Of a stretch of 64,000 nucleotides of DNA, positions 27,352-37,131 are shown one piece after another; positions within the stretch are counted from its first letter, which is position 1; every line of letters starts with the position of its first letter. The translations under genes were made by a program, and so were the position numbers. The notes below the pieces were generated by a model, which made no database searches, was not told the origin of the DNA, and saw nothing but the letters and a program-made list of their open reading frames with translations. This DNA is from a virus, in the IMG/VR virus record IMGVR_UViG_3300020377_000001, positions 1-64,000 of that record; one strand, 5' to 3'.

Positions 27352-27858
27352 TTACGCTATCTGGATGCCGATTTGTAGCCATTGATTACAATCGGGGTTT
27401 TTGGGCATAAATTTAGGATCAAGTCGCCGCTTTTCGGACTCTGTTATGAGTCGGAGGTTTTTGCGTTCGAGAGCATACTCGAGCTCATCGACAGACTTGG
27501 CTCCGATGCCCGGTTTCTCGAGCAACTCACGTCTTGTAAATTGAACGACGTCTCGGACCTTGCCTGCCTGTATGCACGTCGCAATTCGGTTTGCGGTCTT
27601 GGTGCTGATTTCGAGTCGATGGATTCCGCTTTCAAGGATTGAGTCTTTGTCAATTCCTCGAACATTCGCTTCAAAGGTTCTGCCGTTGGGCGACATTCCT
27701 GTAATCTTCGATTTGGCTGCGTGATAGTTCAACTTCAAAACTTCAGATCCGTCCTCAGAGTAGAAAATGAGCCCCTCACCAGTTTGCTGCCCATAGCAAA
27801 CGAGCTCTTCACTCGTTAAGGGATCAAAGACAGTAATTGTCTGTGTCGGCCTCGTCAT
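27352..27858 (-). CDS. Protein with RNA polymerase alpha-CTD domain
   Basis: IHRLEISTKTAN...VRDVVQFTRRELLEKPGIGAKSVDELEYAL matches alpha-CTD pattern. Confidence 0.75.
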   Translation of the reverse strand: MTRPTQTITVFDPLTSEELVCYGQQTGEGLIFYSEDGSEVLKLNYHAAKSKITGMSPNGRTFEANVRGIDKDSILESGIHRLEISTKTANRIATCIQAGKVRDVVQFTRRELLEKPGIGAKSVDELEYALERKNLRLITESEKRRLDPKFMPKNPDCNQWLQIGIQIA

Positions 27859-28024
27859 CGGTCGTTCGTCTCAAAATGTTTTTGGATTAACCGATTATAG
27901 GCATGGTTATGCTCAGTTTTGGAAAAAAAGGCGCATTTTGGGGACATGGTTGTGATAAAAACAAAAAAATCCCACTTTTCGCGGACGCATGATATCGGTA
28001 TTTGTTTTACTTAAAGGAGTTTAA

Positions 28025-28669
28025 GTGTCTTTTGAAATTAGATCGATAACCAGAACCGAGGCTTTGCCGTTATTTCAAAGGTATCACGGGTATAAGTCAA
28101 TGGGGGGCGTCTGTACATATCTATTCGGAGTATTAGAGCGCGGTTCTGTTGTCGCTGCGTTCGCCTGGCAGCCTCCAGCGGCAGGTTGTGCCAGATCTGT
28201 GCTTCCTGATGCCAGTTACGGTGTTTTATGCTTATCTAGAATGGTGGCTGTCCCAAAGGAAGAGCGTAATCTACGACACCTGTCAAAGCCTCTGCGATTT
28301 CAAGTGCGAAATTTAATAGATAGGGGGCGATGGCCTGCTTTGGTCACATTCTCAGATGAAGGCTTGGGGCACACAGGGCACGTATACAAGTGCTCTGGAT
28401 GGAAAAAAACCTCTCGAAAGAAGCGCTCACAGTTCATGGACAAAGAAGGCAGAAGGACTGCACCGTATAGTGACGGAAAAAAGGTAGAAGGGCTGATTAA
28501 GGTAGGGGCAGCCTATATTCAGCGGTGGGAGAAGCATGCTGTTCCACCTGAAGAGGCTGCAGGCTGGATTGAGGCAAACGGTTGGCGGCGTGAAGCGATC
28601 CCAGGAAAGTTCTGGTCATCAGGCAACCAGGCTTATCGGATGTCAAAACAGCAATCCATGCCATTTTAG
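28025..28669 (+). CDS. Mom-like (GNAT fold) DNA modification protein
   Basis: LSRMV, VTFSDEGLGHTGHVYKCSGW motif; AAAGGAG RBS. Confidence 0.7.
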   Translation: MSFEIRSITRTEALPLFQRYHGYKSMGGVCTYLFGVLERGSVVAAFAWQPPAAGCARSVLPDASYGVLCLSRMVAVPKEERNLRHLSKPLRFQVRNLIDRGRWPALVTFSDEGLGHTGHVYKCSGWKKTSRKKRSQFMDKEGRRTAPYSDGKKVEGLIKVGAAYIQRWEKHAVPPEEAAGWIEANGWRREAIPGKFWSSGNQAYRMSKQQSMPF

Positions 28670-28742
28670 CCTCTTGGAATCATTAGGAAAATCCGATCGA
28701 GTGTGGCATACAGATTCTTGTGCCGCTACAGAAAGGACCGAC

Positions 28743-29564
28743 ATGAAATACACAGGCAAAAGCGTTCTGCGATACCCGGGTGGCAAGACAAGGGCAGTCT
28801 CTCTGATTATGCCATTTCTTACTCGATTCGAGGCAAAGGTGCTGGTGTCCCCGTTTTTTGGTGGTGGGTCGATAGAGTTTGCTTGGGCTCAGCAAAAGCC
28901 GAGTTGTCGTGTTGAGGGGTATGATATCTATCCACCGCTTGTGGCGTTTTGGAGGGAGGCTCTGTCAAACCCAGGACCTCTAAGCAACAAGGTTGACGCC
29001 TATCGACCAATGGACAAGGATTTGTTCTTATCACTACAGAAGAAGCTCCCAAGCCTTTCTGGGCGGGATGCTGCTGCAGCGTTCTATGCCCTTAACAGGT
29101 CTAGCTTTTCGGGCGCCACAATGAGTGGAGGGATGTCTCCAGGCGTAAAGAGGTTTACAGAGAGCTCAATACAAAGACTTGCCGATTTCCATGCGCCGAA
29201 TGTGAAGGTTCGACTAGGCGACGTGTTTGACGTTGTCGAAGACCTCATTGACTCAGACCCTGAAGACTCGGTGATATATCTGGACCCCCCATACAAGATT
29301 GATGACTCGGCTTTATATGGACACAAAGGAAACGCACACCGAGGATTCGAGCACGAAAGGCTGGCCGAGCTAGTGCATAGACTGAACGGTAAAGGATTTC
29401 GTCTGGTTTTAAGTTACAATGACAGTGATTCAATACGAGCGCTGTATAGCCGCTATTTGATCACTCCGTTGTCTTGGTCATACGGGATGAAGAATGTGGC
29501 AGGAGGCTCGATGGGCTCATCTTCTGAGCTTTTAATTTTGTCGGAACCCTTCAGTACCCAATAA
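28743..29564 (+). CDS. D12-class (Dam-like) N6-adenine methyltransferase
   Basis: LRYPGGK, PFFGGGS, YLDPPY, VLSYND; GAAAGGACC RBS. Confidence 0.9.
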   Translation: MKYTGKSVLRYPGGKTRAVSLIMPFLTRFEAKVLVSPFFGGGSIEFAWAQQKPSCRVEGYDIYPPLVAFWREALSNPGPLSNKVDAYRPMDKDLFLSLQKKLPSLSGRDAAAAFYALNRSSFSGATMSGGMSPGVKRFTESSIQRLADFHAPNVKVRLGDVFDVVEDLIDSDPEDSVIYLDPPYKIDDSALYGHKGNAHRGFEHERLAELVHRLNGKGFRLVLSYNDSDSIRALYSRYLITPLSWSYGMKNVAGGSMGSSSELLILSEPFSTQ

Positions 29565-29652
29565 AATGTAAAGTGAGCACTAAATAGTAGTCGTTATGAC
29601 TATTATATTTTTCGGTTTGCTCGTTTATGTTATCAAGCGTTCAGGGGGAGTG

Positions 29653-29760
29653 ATGTATAAAGAAATATTCAAGGAGATATTTTTTGGGTGTGCTGTGTAT
29701 ATGTTTGGACTTGCGGTTACCGTAGGGACGATTGCATATGTTTTCTATGAGGGCCGGTAG
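29653..29760 (+). CDS. 35-aa membrane peptide (not in ORF track)
   Basis: GGGGGAG RBS; single TM. Confidence 0.45.
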   Translation: MYKEIFKEIFFGCAVYMFGLAVTVGTIAYVFYEGR

Positions 29761-29765
29761 CAAAA

Positions 29766-30134
29766 GTGTCGTTTCCAATTTTTTTCGAAAATAGTCGCTT
29801 TGCGACTATCCTTTACAAGATTTCTCCTGGGGAGCTATATGCGTTCAGCTTTGGTCCCTGGGTCTGGTCTCGAGGGCCAATGTCAGATCGGCTGCGCCTC
29901 CATGAAACGATTCACTGGAAACAGCAACTCGAGCTCCTGTTTTTGGGTCAATGGGCATTAGTAATCTTGTTCTATATATTCAATATCGTCCGATACAGAT
30001 CCGCGTTTCACGCATATAGGAATTCGCCATTCGAACGAGAGTCATATGATAATGACAGGAACGAAAATTACCTTTCTGAGAGAAGGAATTACGCATGGTT
30101 GAGATACCTTAAGAGGTCAACTCATGACTTCTAA
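29766..30134 (+). CDS. HExxH-containing membrane-associated phage protein
   Basis: LHETIH..QQLE, AYRNSPFERESY. Confidence 0.6.
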   Translation: MSFPIFFENSRFATILYKISPGELYAFSFGPWVWSRGPMSDRLRLHETIHWKQQLELLFLGQWALVILFYIFNIVRYRSAFHAYRNSPFERESYDNDRNENYLSERRNYAWLRYLKRSTHDF

Positions 30135-30327
30135 GGGGATCTCGGCGCCGCGATGGTTTGCCTTGCGGAGCAATGAAAAGAAAAAGGCTAACACCCAAAA
30201 AACAATGACGACGAATAGAAGGGTCGCTTTGAGGGAGGTGCCGATGTGCGCTGAATGTGGGGCTAGAATGTCTGCAACACCAGATGGGTTGGTATGCTAT
30301 GAGTGTGGGTCTACCCATGTTTCATAG
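30124..30327 (+). CDS. Small Zn-ribbon protein
   Basis: CAECG..CYECG. Confidence 0.5.
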   Translation: MTSKGISAPRWFALRSNEKKKANTQKTMTTNRRVALREVPMCAECGARMSATPDGLVCYECGSTHVS

Positions 30328-30388
30328 ACTTCAAGGAATCTTATCTGTGGTTATTCAGGCGACAATATCTTGCATCGAGGGGTGGAAG

Positions 30389-30700
30389 ATGTCGGATGGC
30401 GGATTTATAGGCGGAGGTGTTTATGCCTTGCCTGAGTCTGCCTTTTCTGATTGCGATACGCAGATGATTGAATATCGGAACCTCATCGTTGAGTACATGA
30501 ACAATACCGGTATCCAAACATCTCGTGGCGGTTGGCTGTGTTGTCAGGCAAACTTCCCTAGTAGAAAGAGCGGATTTAGCCCTGAGCTCATATGGTTTGC
30601 TCGATGGTTGCCGATAAATGATGGGGGTGGGCTCATAGTCGTCACCCCAGGTAAGGACCGTGTCTATGAAAATGTTAAAGAAGCAGAAGTATATAAATAA
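30389..30700 (+). CDS. Hypothetical protein
   Basis: GAGGGG RBS. Confidence 0.45.
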   Translation: MSDGGFIGGGVYALPESAFSDCDTQMIEYRNLIVEYMNNTGIQTSRGGWLCCQANFPSRKSGFSPELIWFARWLPINDGGGLIVVTPGKDRVYENVKEAEVYK

Positions 30701-31079
30701 ATGCCTGCACCTCGGGCAGAGCCTGTACGCCAAGTTGGTTAGAAGCGCCGACTATCATAGGCGCAGCATATCGCAGGAAGCGTGCTTCTTGATGGAGCTG
30801 GGCATGAGCGCCCCTCTTCCTCCCGACATGTCCGACACCCAGATAGATGATATTAACGGGCGGTTTCAGTGCTATTTAGACCCAGGTCTATGTAAGAGGC
30901 TTGAATCGCTCGCAGCAGGCATGCAGCCGCACCTGAAGAGACCAAGAATAAGCCCAGTGGCTCGAGCGTACATACGTGTGGGTTTTGCAATGCAACACAA
31001 ACTGTTTCACAGTTCAGACACTGGGCACCTGTGGCCAAACGATAAATACAAGCGGGAAATAGTTGGACCGCAAAGATGA
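30666..31079 (+). CDS. Tandem RHH-like DNA-binding protein
   Basis: Two strand-helix-helix patterns (RRSISQEA; ISPVARAYI). Confidence 0.5.
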   Translation: MKMLKKQKYINKCLHLGQSLYAKLVRSADYHRRSISQEACFLMELGMSAPLPPDMSDTQIDDINGRFQCYLDPGLCKRLESLAAGMQPHLKRPRISPVARAYIRVGFAMQHKLFHSSDTGHLWPNDKYKREIVGPQR

Positions 31080-31906
31080 AAGGATCAAAAATGGGTGAAT
31101 TACAAATTAGGACATTCAGAGACCAGTCTACGGACAGGACCGAGGTTTACGAGCTTTGCGCTAGGTTTGCGTGTGACGTCCTAAGCATGATTGATGATGC
31201 AACTGGGACAGATCCAGAGAATGGATCGCCAGAGGTGGCCGAAGAATATCTTCGATTTAGAAATTGGTTAGGTCCCAACATTGTTCAAATGACGCAATCT
31301 TCTGTAGTCGGACCCCTTTTGAGCGGGTTGACTGTTTTTGATGATGGGAGCGCTTCGTTTGTGGGCGGCAATTTTACATCCAGAAAGCATAAAGATGTAG
31401 CCATGGGCACGGAAGGAAGGATTCGGTGGATCTGTTCAGAGGTGCCTTCGTTAATAGATGCTTACGGTGAGCTTTATGAAGAAGAGGTAGAGCCAGCAAT
31501 CAAGCTTGTTGAGCGTGCATCTTTTATGGTTGAGAATGGCGCAAACCCAGAGGACCTGTATGAGATTGTGGAAGAGCTTGAGACACTGTACCTGCACTGC
31601 TCCCCTGGTGCTAGGTTGGTGAGAGGTGATGAGAAGGCTATTGCGTCTGCAAGGGACACTTGTATTGAAGCGGTTGCATTTATCAACAAGGAGTATGAGA
31701 GAAGGTCCAAAATTCAGTGTCAAATTGACGCTGGCGAGGTGGAAGGCGAGACCTCTGAGGAGAAGATATCAAACGCAAAGCGTATGCTCGAGTTCACCGA
31801 GGACCATATCGAAGAGACTTCTCGTCGCCTAGAAGCGCTCAACTCAAACCGCAAAGCAATCCTTGCGGAAATCAAGGAGTACGAGAGGATCAGGGATGGC
31901 AGCTAG
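31076..31906 (+). CDS. Hypothetical protein with coiled-coil C-terminus
   Basis: 276-aa acidic ORF. Confidence 0.6.
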   Translation: MKGSKMGELQIRTFRDQSTDRTEVYELCARFACDVLSMIDDATGTDPENGSPEVAEEYLRFRNWLGPNIVQMTQSSVVGPLLSGLTVFDDGSASFVGGNFTSRKHKDVAMGTEGRIRWICSEVPSLIDAYGELYEEEVEPAIKLVERASFMVENGANPEDLYEIVEELETLYLHCSPGARLVRGDEKAIASARDTCIEAVAFINKEYERRSKIQCQIDAGEVEGETSEEKISNAKRMLEFTEDHIEETSRRLEALNSNRKAILAEIKEYERIRDGS

Positions 31907-32456
31907 ACCGCTTGGGATATACTGTGCCGTGGAGCCTTTGGAGCAGGGTCAGGATTTAGTAAAGTCGGGCTCTATTTTTAAGCCTATAGGCTCTGCGTCT
32001 GTTGCGTTCGTGTATGGAAAAGTACTTGCATGTGGGCGAGATGTAAGAGACATTCAGCCCGGAGACGTTGTTGTCTACGAGGTTGGCAGTGGTCATCCTG
32101 GGTTAAGCTGGGTTATGGACGCCGATACGTTCGGTGGTCAAGAGGGCAAGTACGCTACGCTCGTGCCCTGCTATCAGAGACCTTTGAGGGTGATGTCTGA
32201 GGATATGGAGGAACTCCAGAAGAGGGAGTCTCGAATCAAGGTTCTGCAGGAGCTCGATGAGAATTTTGGATTAAAGCCTGAGCATCAGGATGAGTTGATT
32301 AGACACAGTATTGCCGCCAACAGGATTATGAAAAGCCATGAATCTTCTGCGACAAATCGTCAGTACTTTACCAAGAGATACAAGGATCCTGGCAAGGGAC
32401 GGGGCATCATAGGGGTTGTGGAAGTTGCGGAGGAAGGTACCATTCTGGATCAGTGA
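31896..32456 (+). CDS. GroES-like co-chaperonin with large insertion
   Basis: RPLG..AVE, GSIF, GKVLACG, IQPGDVVVY and terminal IIGVVE. Confidence 0.7.
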   Translation: MAARPLGIYCAVEPLEQGQDLVKSGSIFKPIGSASVAFVYGKVLACGRDVRDIQPGDVVVYEVGSGHPGLSWVMDADTFGGQEGKYATLVPCYQRPLRVMSEDMEELQKRESRIKVLQELDENFGLKPEHQDELIRHSIAANRIMKSHESSATNRQYFTKRYKDPGKGRGIIGVVEVAEEGTILDQ

Positions 32457-32787
32457 GTCGGAGTGGATGTGTCCTCGGCACATGAACGTCAAATTTCCAT
32501 CTGTCGCCACCACATGTTATTTCAACGACTGTGAGAAGAGTTGCACTGGACGACCCTCTAAACTGTGTAAGGTGCCAGAGCGGGCCTTTCCATTTCAGCC
32601 GCCCCCACAGAAGGTTTACCTTAAAGTATCACCAAAGAAAAAGAGCCCCGTTAAGGTTTGTGCTTGGCACAGATGCAATGAGCTAGCGCTGCCGAAAAGA
32701 AAGTACTGCTCCAAGGCGTGCAGTAATAAGAATGCCCGAAAGGCGTATAGAGAGCGAAAGAAGCTAGAAAGAAAGGACGACCAATGA
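32416..32787 (+). CDS. Cys-rich Zn-finger protein
   Basis: CAWHRC...YCSKAC pattern. Confidence 0.55.
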   Translation: MWKLRRKVPFWISESEWMCPRHMNVKFPSVATTCYFNDCEKSCTGRPSKLCKVPERAFPFQPPPQKVYLKVSPKKKSPVKVCAWHRCNELALPKRKYCSKACSNKNARKAYRERKKLERKDDQ

Positions 32788-33452
32788 GAAGAGAAGAATA
32801 CTTTTTGGACAAGCTTGATGATGGTCTAATTCACCCGTCAATGCTGGTGAAGATGACGGAGCTTTGGCAAGAGACCCACGGCCTAGAGGCTGATGGGTAT
32901 TTTGGTCCGTTGACGGCAGAATCTTTTGCAGTGTCAGAGCCTACGACGATGCACCCTTTCGGGCTGTCTGTTCTTATGGCTGCGATTGCAGATCTAGGCA
33001 GGGGTGAAGAGGGTGGAAACAATAGTGGGGAGTACGTTGAGATGCTCCTCGGCAAGGAGTTTGACGGTGACGATGACAATGATGGGGCTTGGTGCGCCGC
33101 AGCGGTAACGCATTGGCTTTCAGTTGCTGCAGAGTCAGACAACGTCAGCTTGCAATTCAATACCAGCTTTGGCGCCAAGGCCCTGTATGGAAACATTTTG
33201 CGATCTGGGGTTGAGGCGTCTGAGCCCTGTGCAGGCGACATCGTTTGCTGGGACAGAGGCACCCCAGGCTCTTGGCAAGGGCACATTGGTGTAGTTGAAA
33301 GATTTGAGGGCGGCATCCTGCACACCATCGAGGGCAACAAGGGCGGGTTTCCAAGCAAGGTAAGAAGGTTTCGATATGATCTGTCAAAAGAATCCAGACT
33401 GGAAGGGTTCGCAAGGTTTACAGATGCAAGCGTGAGATCCAACGATGCCTAA
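32784..33452 (+). CDS. Endolysin: PG-binding + CHAP domain
   Basis: WQ..HGLEADGYFGPLT; WCAAAV, GHIGVV, TIEGN. Confidence 0.85.
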   Translation: MRREEYFLDKLDDGLIHPSMLVKMTELWQETHGLEADGYFGPLTAESFAVSEPTTMHPFGLSVLMAAIADLGRGEEGGNNSGEYVEMLLGKEFDGDDDNDGAWCAAAVTHWLSVAAESDNVSLQFNTSFGAKALYGNILRSGVEASEPCAGDIVCWDRGTPGSWQGHIGVVERFEGGILHTIEGNKGGFPSKVRRFRYDLSKESRLEGFARFTDASVRSNDA

Positions 33453-33651
33453 ATACAAGTATACATGCAGCGAATGCGGTAATAGCTTTCTTGTTGTTCA
33501 AGGTATCAATGATGAACCCGTATCTACTTGTTACTTGCGAGTAGATGAGTCCTCCGATAGCGACGAAAGATGTACGGGGTCTGTCCGCAGAGTCCCCGCG
33601 TCTGTGGGTTTCACGTTAAAAGGGAACGGGTGGTTTAAAGATGGCTACTAA
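33445..33651 (+). CDS. FmdB-family Zn-ribbon protein
   Basis: MPKYKYTCSECG...LKGNGWFKDGY. Confidence 0.8.
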   Translation: MPKYKYTCSECGNSFLVVQGINDEPVSTCYLRVDESSDSDERCTGSVRRVPASVGFTLKGNGWFKDGY

Positions 33652-34258
33652 GGGTAAGGTTATTTGGAGCGGAACCAGGGAGCTCGAGACGTCATTGGTA
33701 AAGATCTCAGACCTAAACCCAGATCCCGACAATCTCAACTTCCACCCAGAAGTAAGTTACGAGGTTCTCTCTCAAGTCATCTCTCGGTTTGGGCAACATA
33801 AGCCAATTACAGTACACAATGGGACGGTGATTTGCGGAAATGGCGTGTTTGAGGCTTGTAAGCGACTGAAGTTTACCCATGTGGCAATCAGCACCTTTGA
33901 GGGGACCGATGACGAAGCAAAGGCCCTGGCGATTGCAGACAACAAGACAAAGTCCTTGAGCTACTTCAATTCCGACGTGGGAAGCATTGTTCAAGATTTG
34001 ATGCCCACATTTAGCCCAGAGGAGCTCGGAGGCTGGGGTAGCCTCGACATCGACATACCTGACATAGATCTTGATGAGGACGATGAGTTGGACGAGCTCA
34101 TGGAGTCTCCACCAGAGCAAAAGACTGTGAGGTTGACGTCTGAGCAGTGGGAGGTGGTAGGGTCTGCGATTCAAAAGCTTAGGGAGATCAACGGTCAGGC
34201 GATCTCCGAGGGGAGATGTATCGAATTGATATCAGCGGACTATCTATCAGGTTCTTGA
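33641..34258 (+). CDS. ParB N-terminal domain protein
   Basis: LNPDPDN, FGQHKPI, ICGNG, LAIADNK. Confidence 0.8.
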   Translation: MATKGKVIWSGTRELETSLVKISDLNPDPDNLNFHPEVSYEVLSQVISRFGQHKPITVHNGTVICGNGVFEACKRLKFTHVAISTFEGTDDEAKALAIADNKTKSLSYFNSDVGSIVQDLMPTFSPEELGGWGSLDIDIPDIDLDEDDELDELMESPPEQKTVRLTSEQWEVVGSAIQKLREINGQAISEGRCIELISADYLSGS

Positions 34259-34365
34259 TTTGTGTCGATTCGATTGTAAGAATACTTTGCCGATAGTGTC
34301 GTTTTTCGCCAATATATAGGTACATCCAACGATAGAATCGGTGGTGAGAGTCTTAAGGTGTCATT

Positions 34366-34629
34366 TTGAGTTTCGAGCATATCAATTCTGGTTTAGCTAT
34401 TCTTGTCGCCGTCTGTGGCGCTGTTTGGTCAATTGGAAGCGTCTCATCGAAAGCGGACGTTGCGCTAGAGAAGGCTGCATCGTCTGAAGAGAGTATGGTT
34501 CGTCTCGATGACAAGCTAGATCGACTGATTGAAGAGGTTGGAAAGATTAAGACCAATGTCGCGGTCGTCAGAGCAAAGGTCGAATCCATCGATTCTGTCG
34601 TTACCCCTATTAAGAACTCAGAAGACTAG
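34366..34629 (+). CDS. Small TM + coiled-coil protein (holin/XhlA-like)
   Basis: N-terminal TM, RLDDKLDRL. Confidence 0.5.
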   Translation: MSFEHINSGLAILVAVCGAVWSIGSVSSKADVALEKAASSEESMVRLDDKLDRLIEEVGKIKTNVAVVRAKVESIDSVVTPIKNSED

Positions 34630-35663
34630 AGTTCTTGTATTACCTTTTTCTCTGGCCCCTTTATTCCCCGTGATATGCAATAGATAACAGGCTCAGATAT
34701 GGTTGGGTCTTCGTAGATGCCTTTATGAAGATAGCCTCCTCGAAGTTGCGTGAGAACCATCTGCAGGCCGGATTCAAGGTTTTCAAAGAACATCTCGTTG
34801 GTCTCAAAGACCTCTGTGGGAACCTTAATGATTATGCCAAAACTCTGTTGTGACACGTCCGATTCGGAGTGTGAAAACAGGGTGCTCGAAAACAACTGAA
34901 AAACACAGTTCTTGATGGACTGCGCTGAGCAGTCTGCATTGATTGATACTTTCCCAAACGAAACGCAGCCGGGCTTGAGCATAATTGTCTCGAGGTCAGA
35001 CTTGTCCATACACTCGAAGTCGCTGGGTGTTTGGGTTATGGTATTAAACTCCTCAAACAGTCCCGCTACGTGCTCGTTGGCGAGACTCCACATGTTCTTC
35101 ATTGTCGCTTTTGGTATGACATTCTTGATTCTGCGATTGTTTAGAATCATCAAAGGTGAGATTTGTCCATCGCCGCACATTTTGCAAACAGCCTGCAGGA
35201 GGTCTTTGGCGTTCTTTTTAACAATCGTACTAGAGCACTCAAGCTTTCTGGGGCTCGTAATAATCAAGCCCACAGAGTCCGGCTTTTTTCTTCCCTCAGA
35301 CATGAACTTCTTGGACAGTTCAATTAAGGGTATTGCGCCACCCGTGCCAGTGCCACCACCGGCTCCAGCGCAAACGATGATTCTGTCAACGTCCCCAAAG
35401 AACTCCTCCATCATCAACTCAATCATGTCTTCGGAGTCGTTGACGGCCTGCTCTGCAATCTTAGGCTGTTTGCCAGCACCGTCTTCAGACTTCCCAACTA
35501 TAAGCCTTCTTTCGATGCCTACATTTAATGCTTCCAGATCGATTCTGGCAGTATTCAGGTAAATGCTCTCGTAGCCCAGGTCTGCAAAGGATTTTGCTAT
35601 CTTGCATCCCCCTTGACCAATGCCAACAAACCCAACATTGAATGATCTTTTTGGCGTACCCAT
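34626..35663 (-). CDS. Tubulin/FtsZ-family GTPase (PhuZ/TubZ-like)
   Basis: VGIGQGGCKIA, LNT..D, GAGK, GAGGGTGTGG signature, T7 loop MDKSD; AAGGAG RBS. Confidence 0.9.
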   Translation of the reverse strand: MGTPKRSFNVGFVGIGQGGCKIAKSFADLGYESIYLNTARIDLEALNVGIERRLIVGKSEDGAGKQPKIAEQAVNDSEDMIELMMEEFFGDVDRIIVCAGAGGGTGTGGAIPLIELSKKFMSEGRKKPDSVGLIITSPRKLECSSTIVKKNAKDLLQAVCKMCGDGQISPLMILNNRRIKNVIPKATMKNMWSLANEHVAGLFEEFNTITQTPSDFECMDKSDLETIMLKPGCVSFGKVSINADCSAQSIKNCVFQLFSSTLFSHSESDVSQQSFGIIIKVPTEVFETNEMFFENLESGLQMVLTQLRGGYLHKGIYEDPTISEPVIYCISRGIKGPEKKVIQEL

Positions 35664-35665
35664 GA

Positions 35666-36997
35666 CTACTCCTTCGAACTTGGCTCTATATCTCTTCCCA
35701 CATAAACTTTCCCGTTGTAAACACATTTACCGTCGTTGATGTGCAGCAACTGCATATGGTTTACGCCATCAGAGTCTCGAATCACTAAGCCGATCCCGTG
35801 TTGCCAATCTTGGTCTGGTCTACCCTTCCCAGTTGGAACAAGTCTCGGTTTGACAGAGCACAGGGTGCCAGGACTCATGGCTGAAATTGTGACATGCTCA
35901 TCCTGCCCATTCTTTCCTGGGACAGTTCTTGTCGAGCAGGCGATCTCTCTTCGGTGTATGTGTCCAACAATTTGACTGTGTCTTGCTCCAGACAAAATTG
36001 AGCTGACCGTCTGCCCCCCTTTGGGTCTAACGATGTGTCCGTGATGAACTTTAATATCGTTAAATAGCCAGTAGACCTTCCCGTATGGCTTAATGTAAGA
36101 AATGCCCAGCTTGTCGAGGCAAAGCAATCTTTCCACCGATAGCATTGGTGGACCCAGAATGTCATCGATTGGACGAAGTACTGCAGCCTCTTGAACATTC
36201 TGCAGTTGCTTCGACAGCCTAAGCTCGTGATTGCCTTCGCAGAGAGTGACCTTGCCGTTGGTTGTACCTACTAAAACCCTTAGCCATTCACCGAGTTCTT
36301 GTAGCGCTGGCTGGATCAGGTACTTTGCGTCCGGTTCAAGAGGAAAGGTGGATAACCCTCCAAAGTCGATCATGTCACCAAGTAACACGATTTCGTCAGG
36401 CTGAATGTCCGCGCTGATTTGCGTTACGACATCACATGCTCGCCGATCGTGCATTGGTATTAGCTCTTGAATCACTTTACCTGTTTTCTCGCAGGTTCTC
36501 TTGACTGACCTAAAACCATGCTGGCTGTCGGGCACAATCAAGGCAATTTTTTTAGCATTCTTTACATGCTTTTTACCTTTTGGCTTTTTTAGGTTTCTAC
36601 CGAGCGTTATGGGCTTGATCCAGTAGTCTGGTTTGCGCTCTAGCCAAGCCTTGACCTGCCACATTTCTGTTGGACCTTCTTTGCCCATCTGGTCCCATTT
36701 GTTGACCACCTTTTTTACAACAACCCACTCGTCGAGGTCCACATTCGCCTCGATCATGAGTTGCTCTACGCTTCTAACACCCTTTCCAGTCAGAACTCGA
36801 CGTCCCGATTCTGAGGTTTCTTGAATCTTGTTGTTTTCAGAAAAAAGTAGTCCGTTCTGTTTTGCCCACTTTAAAATCCGATGAAGCCTGCTTCTGCTAA
36901 TGCCTAAGGATTCAGCAGCAGCGGTCTTGCTGCCGTGCTCCTCAACCGCTTTTTTTATTTGCTTGAGCTCATCGGGAGAGTTTGTTGGTTTTCGCAT
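35666..36997 (-). CDS. HTH-fused calcineurin-like metallophosphoesterase
   Basis: TAAAESLGISRSRLHR HTH; PDSQH, LGDMID, GNHE, HHGH, GHIHR. Confidence 0.85.
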   Translation of the reverse strand: MRKPTNSPDELKQIKKAVEEHGSKTAAAESLGISRSRLHRILKWAKQNGLLFSENNKIQETSESGRRVLTGKGVRSVEQLMIEANVDLDEWVVVKKVVNKWDQMGKEGPTEMWQVKAWLERKPDYWIKPITLGRNLKKPKGKKHVKNAKKIALIVPDSQHGFRSVKRTCEKTGKVIQELIPMHDRRACDVVTQISADIQPDEIVLLGDMIDFGGLSTFPLEPDAKYLIQPALQELGEWLRVLVGTTNGKVTLCEGNHELRLSKQLQNVQEAAVLRPIDDILGPPMLSVERLLCLDKLGISYIKPYGKVYWLFNDIKVHHGHIVRPKGGQTVSSILSGARHSQIVGHIHRREIACSTRTVPGKNGQDEHVTISAMSPGTLCSVKPRLVPTGKGRPDQDWQHGIGLVIRDSDGVNHMQLLHINDGKCVYNGKVYVGRDIEPSSKE

Positions 36998-37131
36998 ACA
37001 CCCTCCGCGTATCTGTATGTAAATGTAGGTGATCGAACCAATGCTTTGCAAAGTGTTCTCTATGAATTAGTTGAAACATCGTGTAAAAGTGGTCTTAATC
37101 TTGGTAGACGCCACATATAAAGGAGCTTAAG

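Noticed and set aside
30085-30112. Plus-strand AATTACG...ACCTT resembling the leader motif
   Set aside because: Spacer off by one, weak second half, explained by coding sequence RNYAWLRYL
32831-35562. Antisense ORFs opposite endolysin and tubulin
   Set aside because: Shadows of well-supported genes
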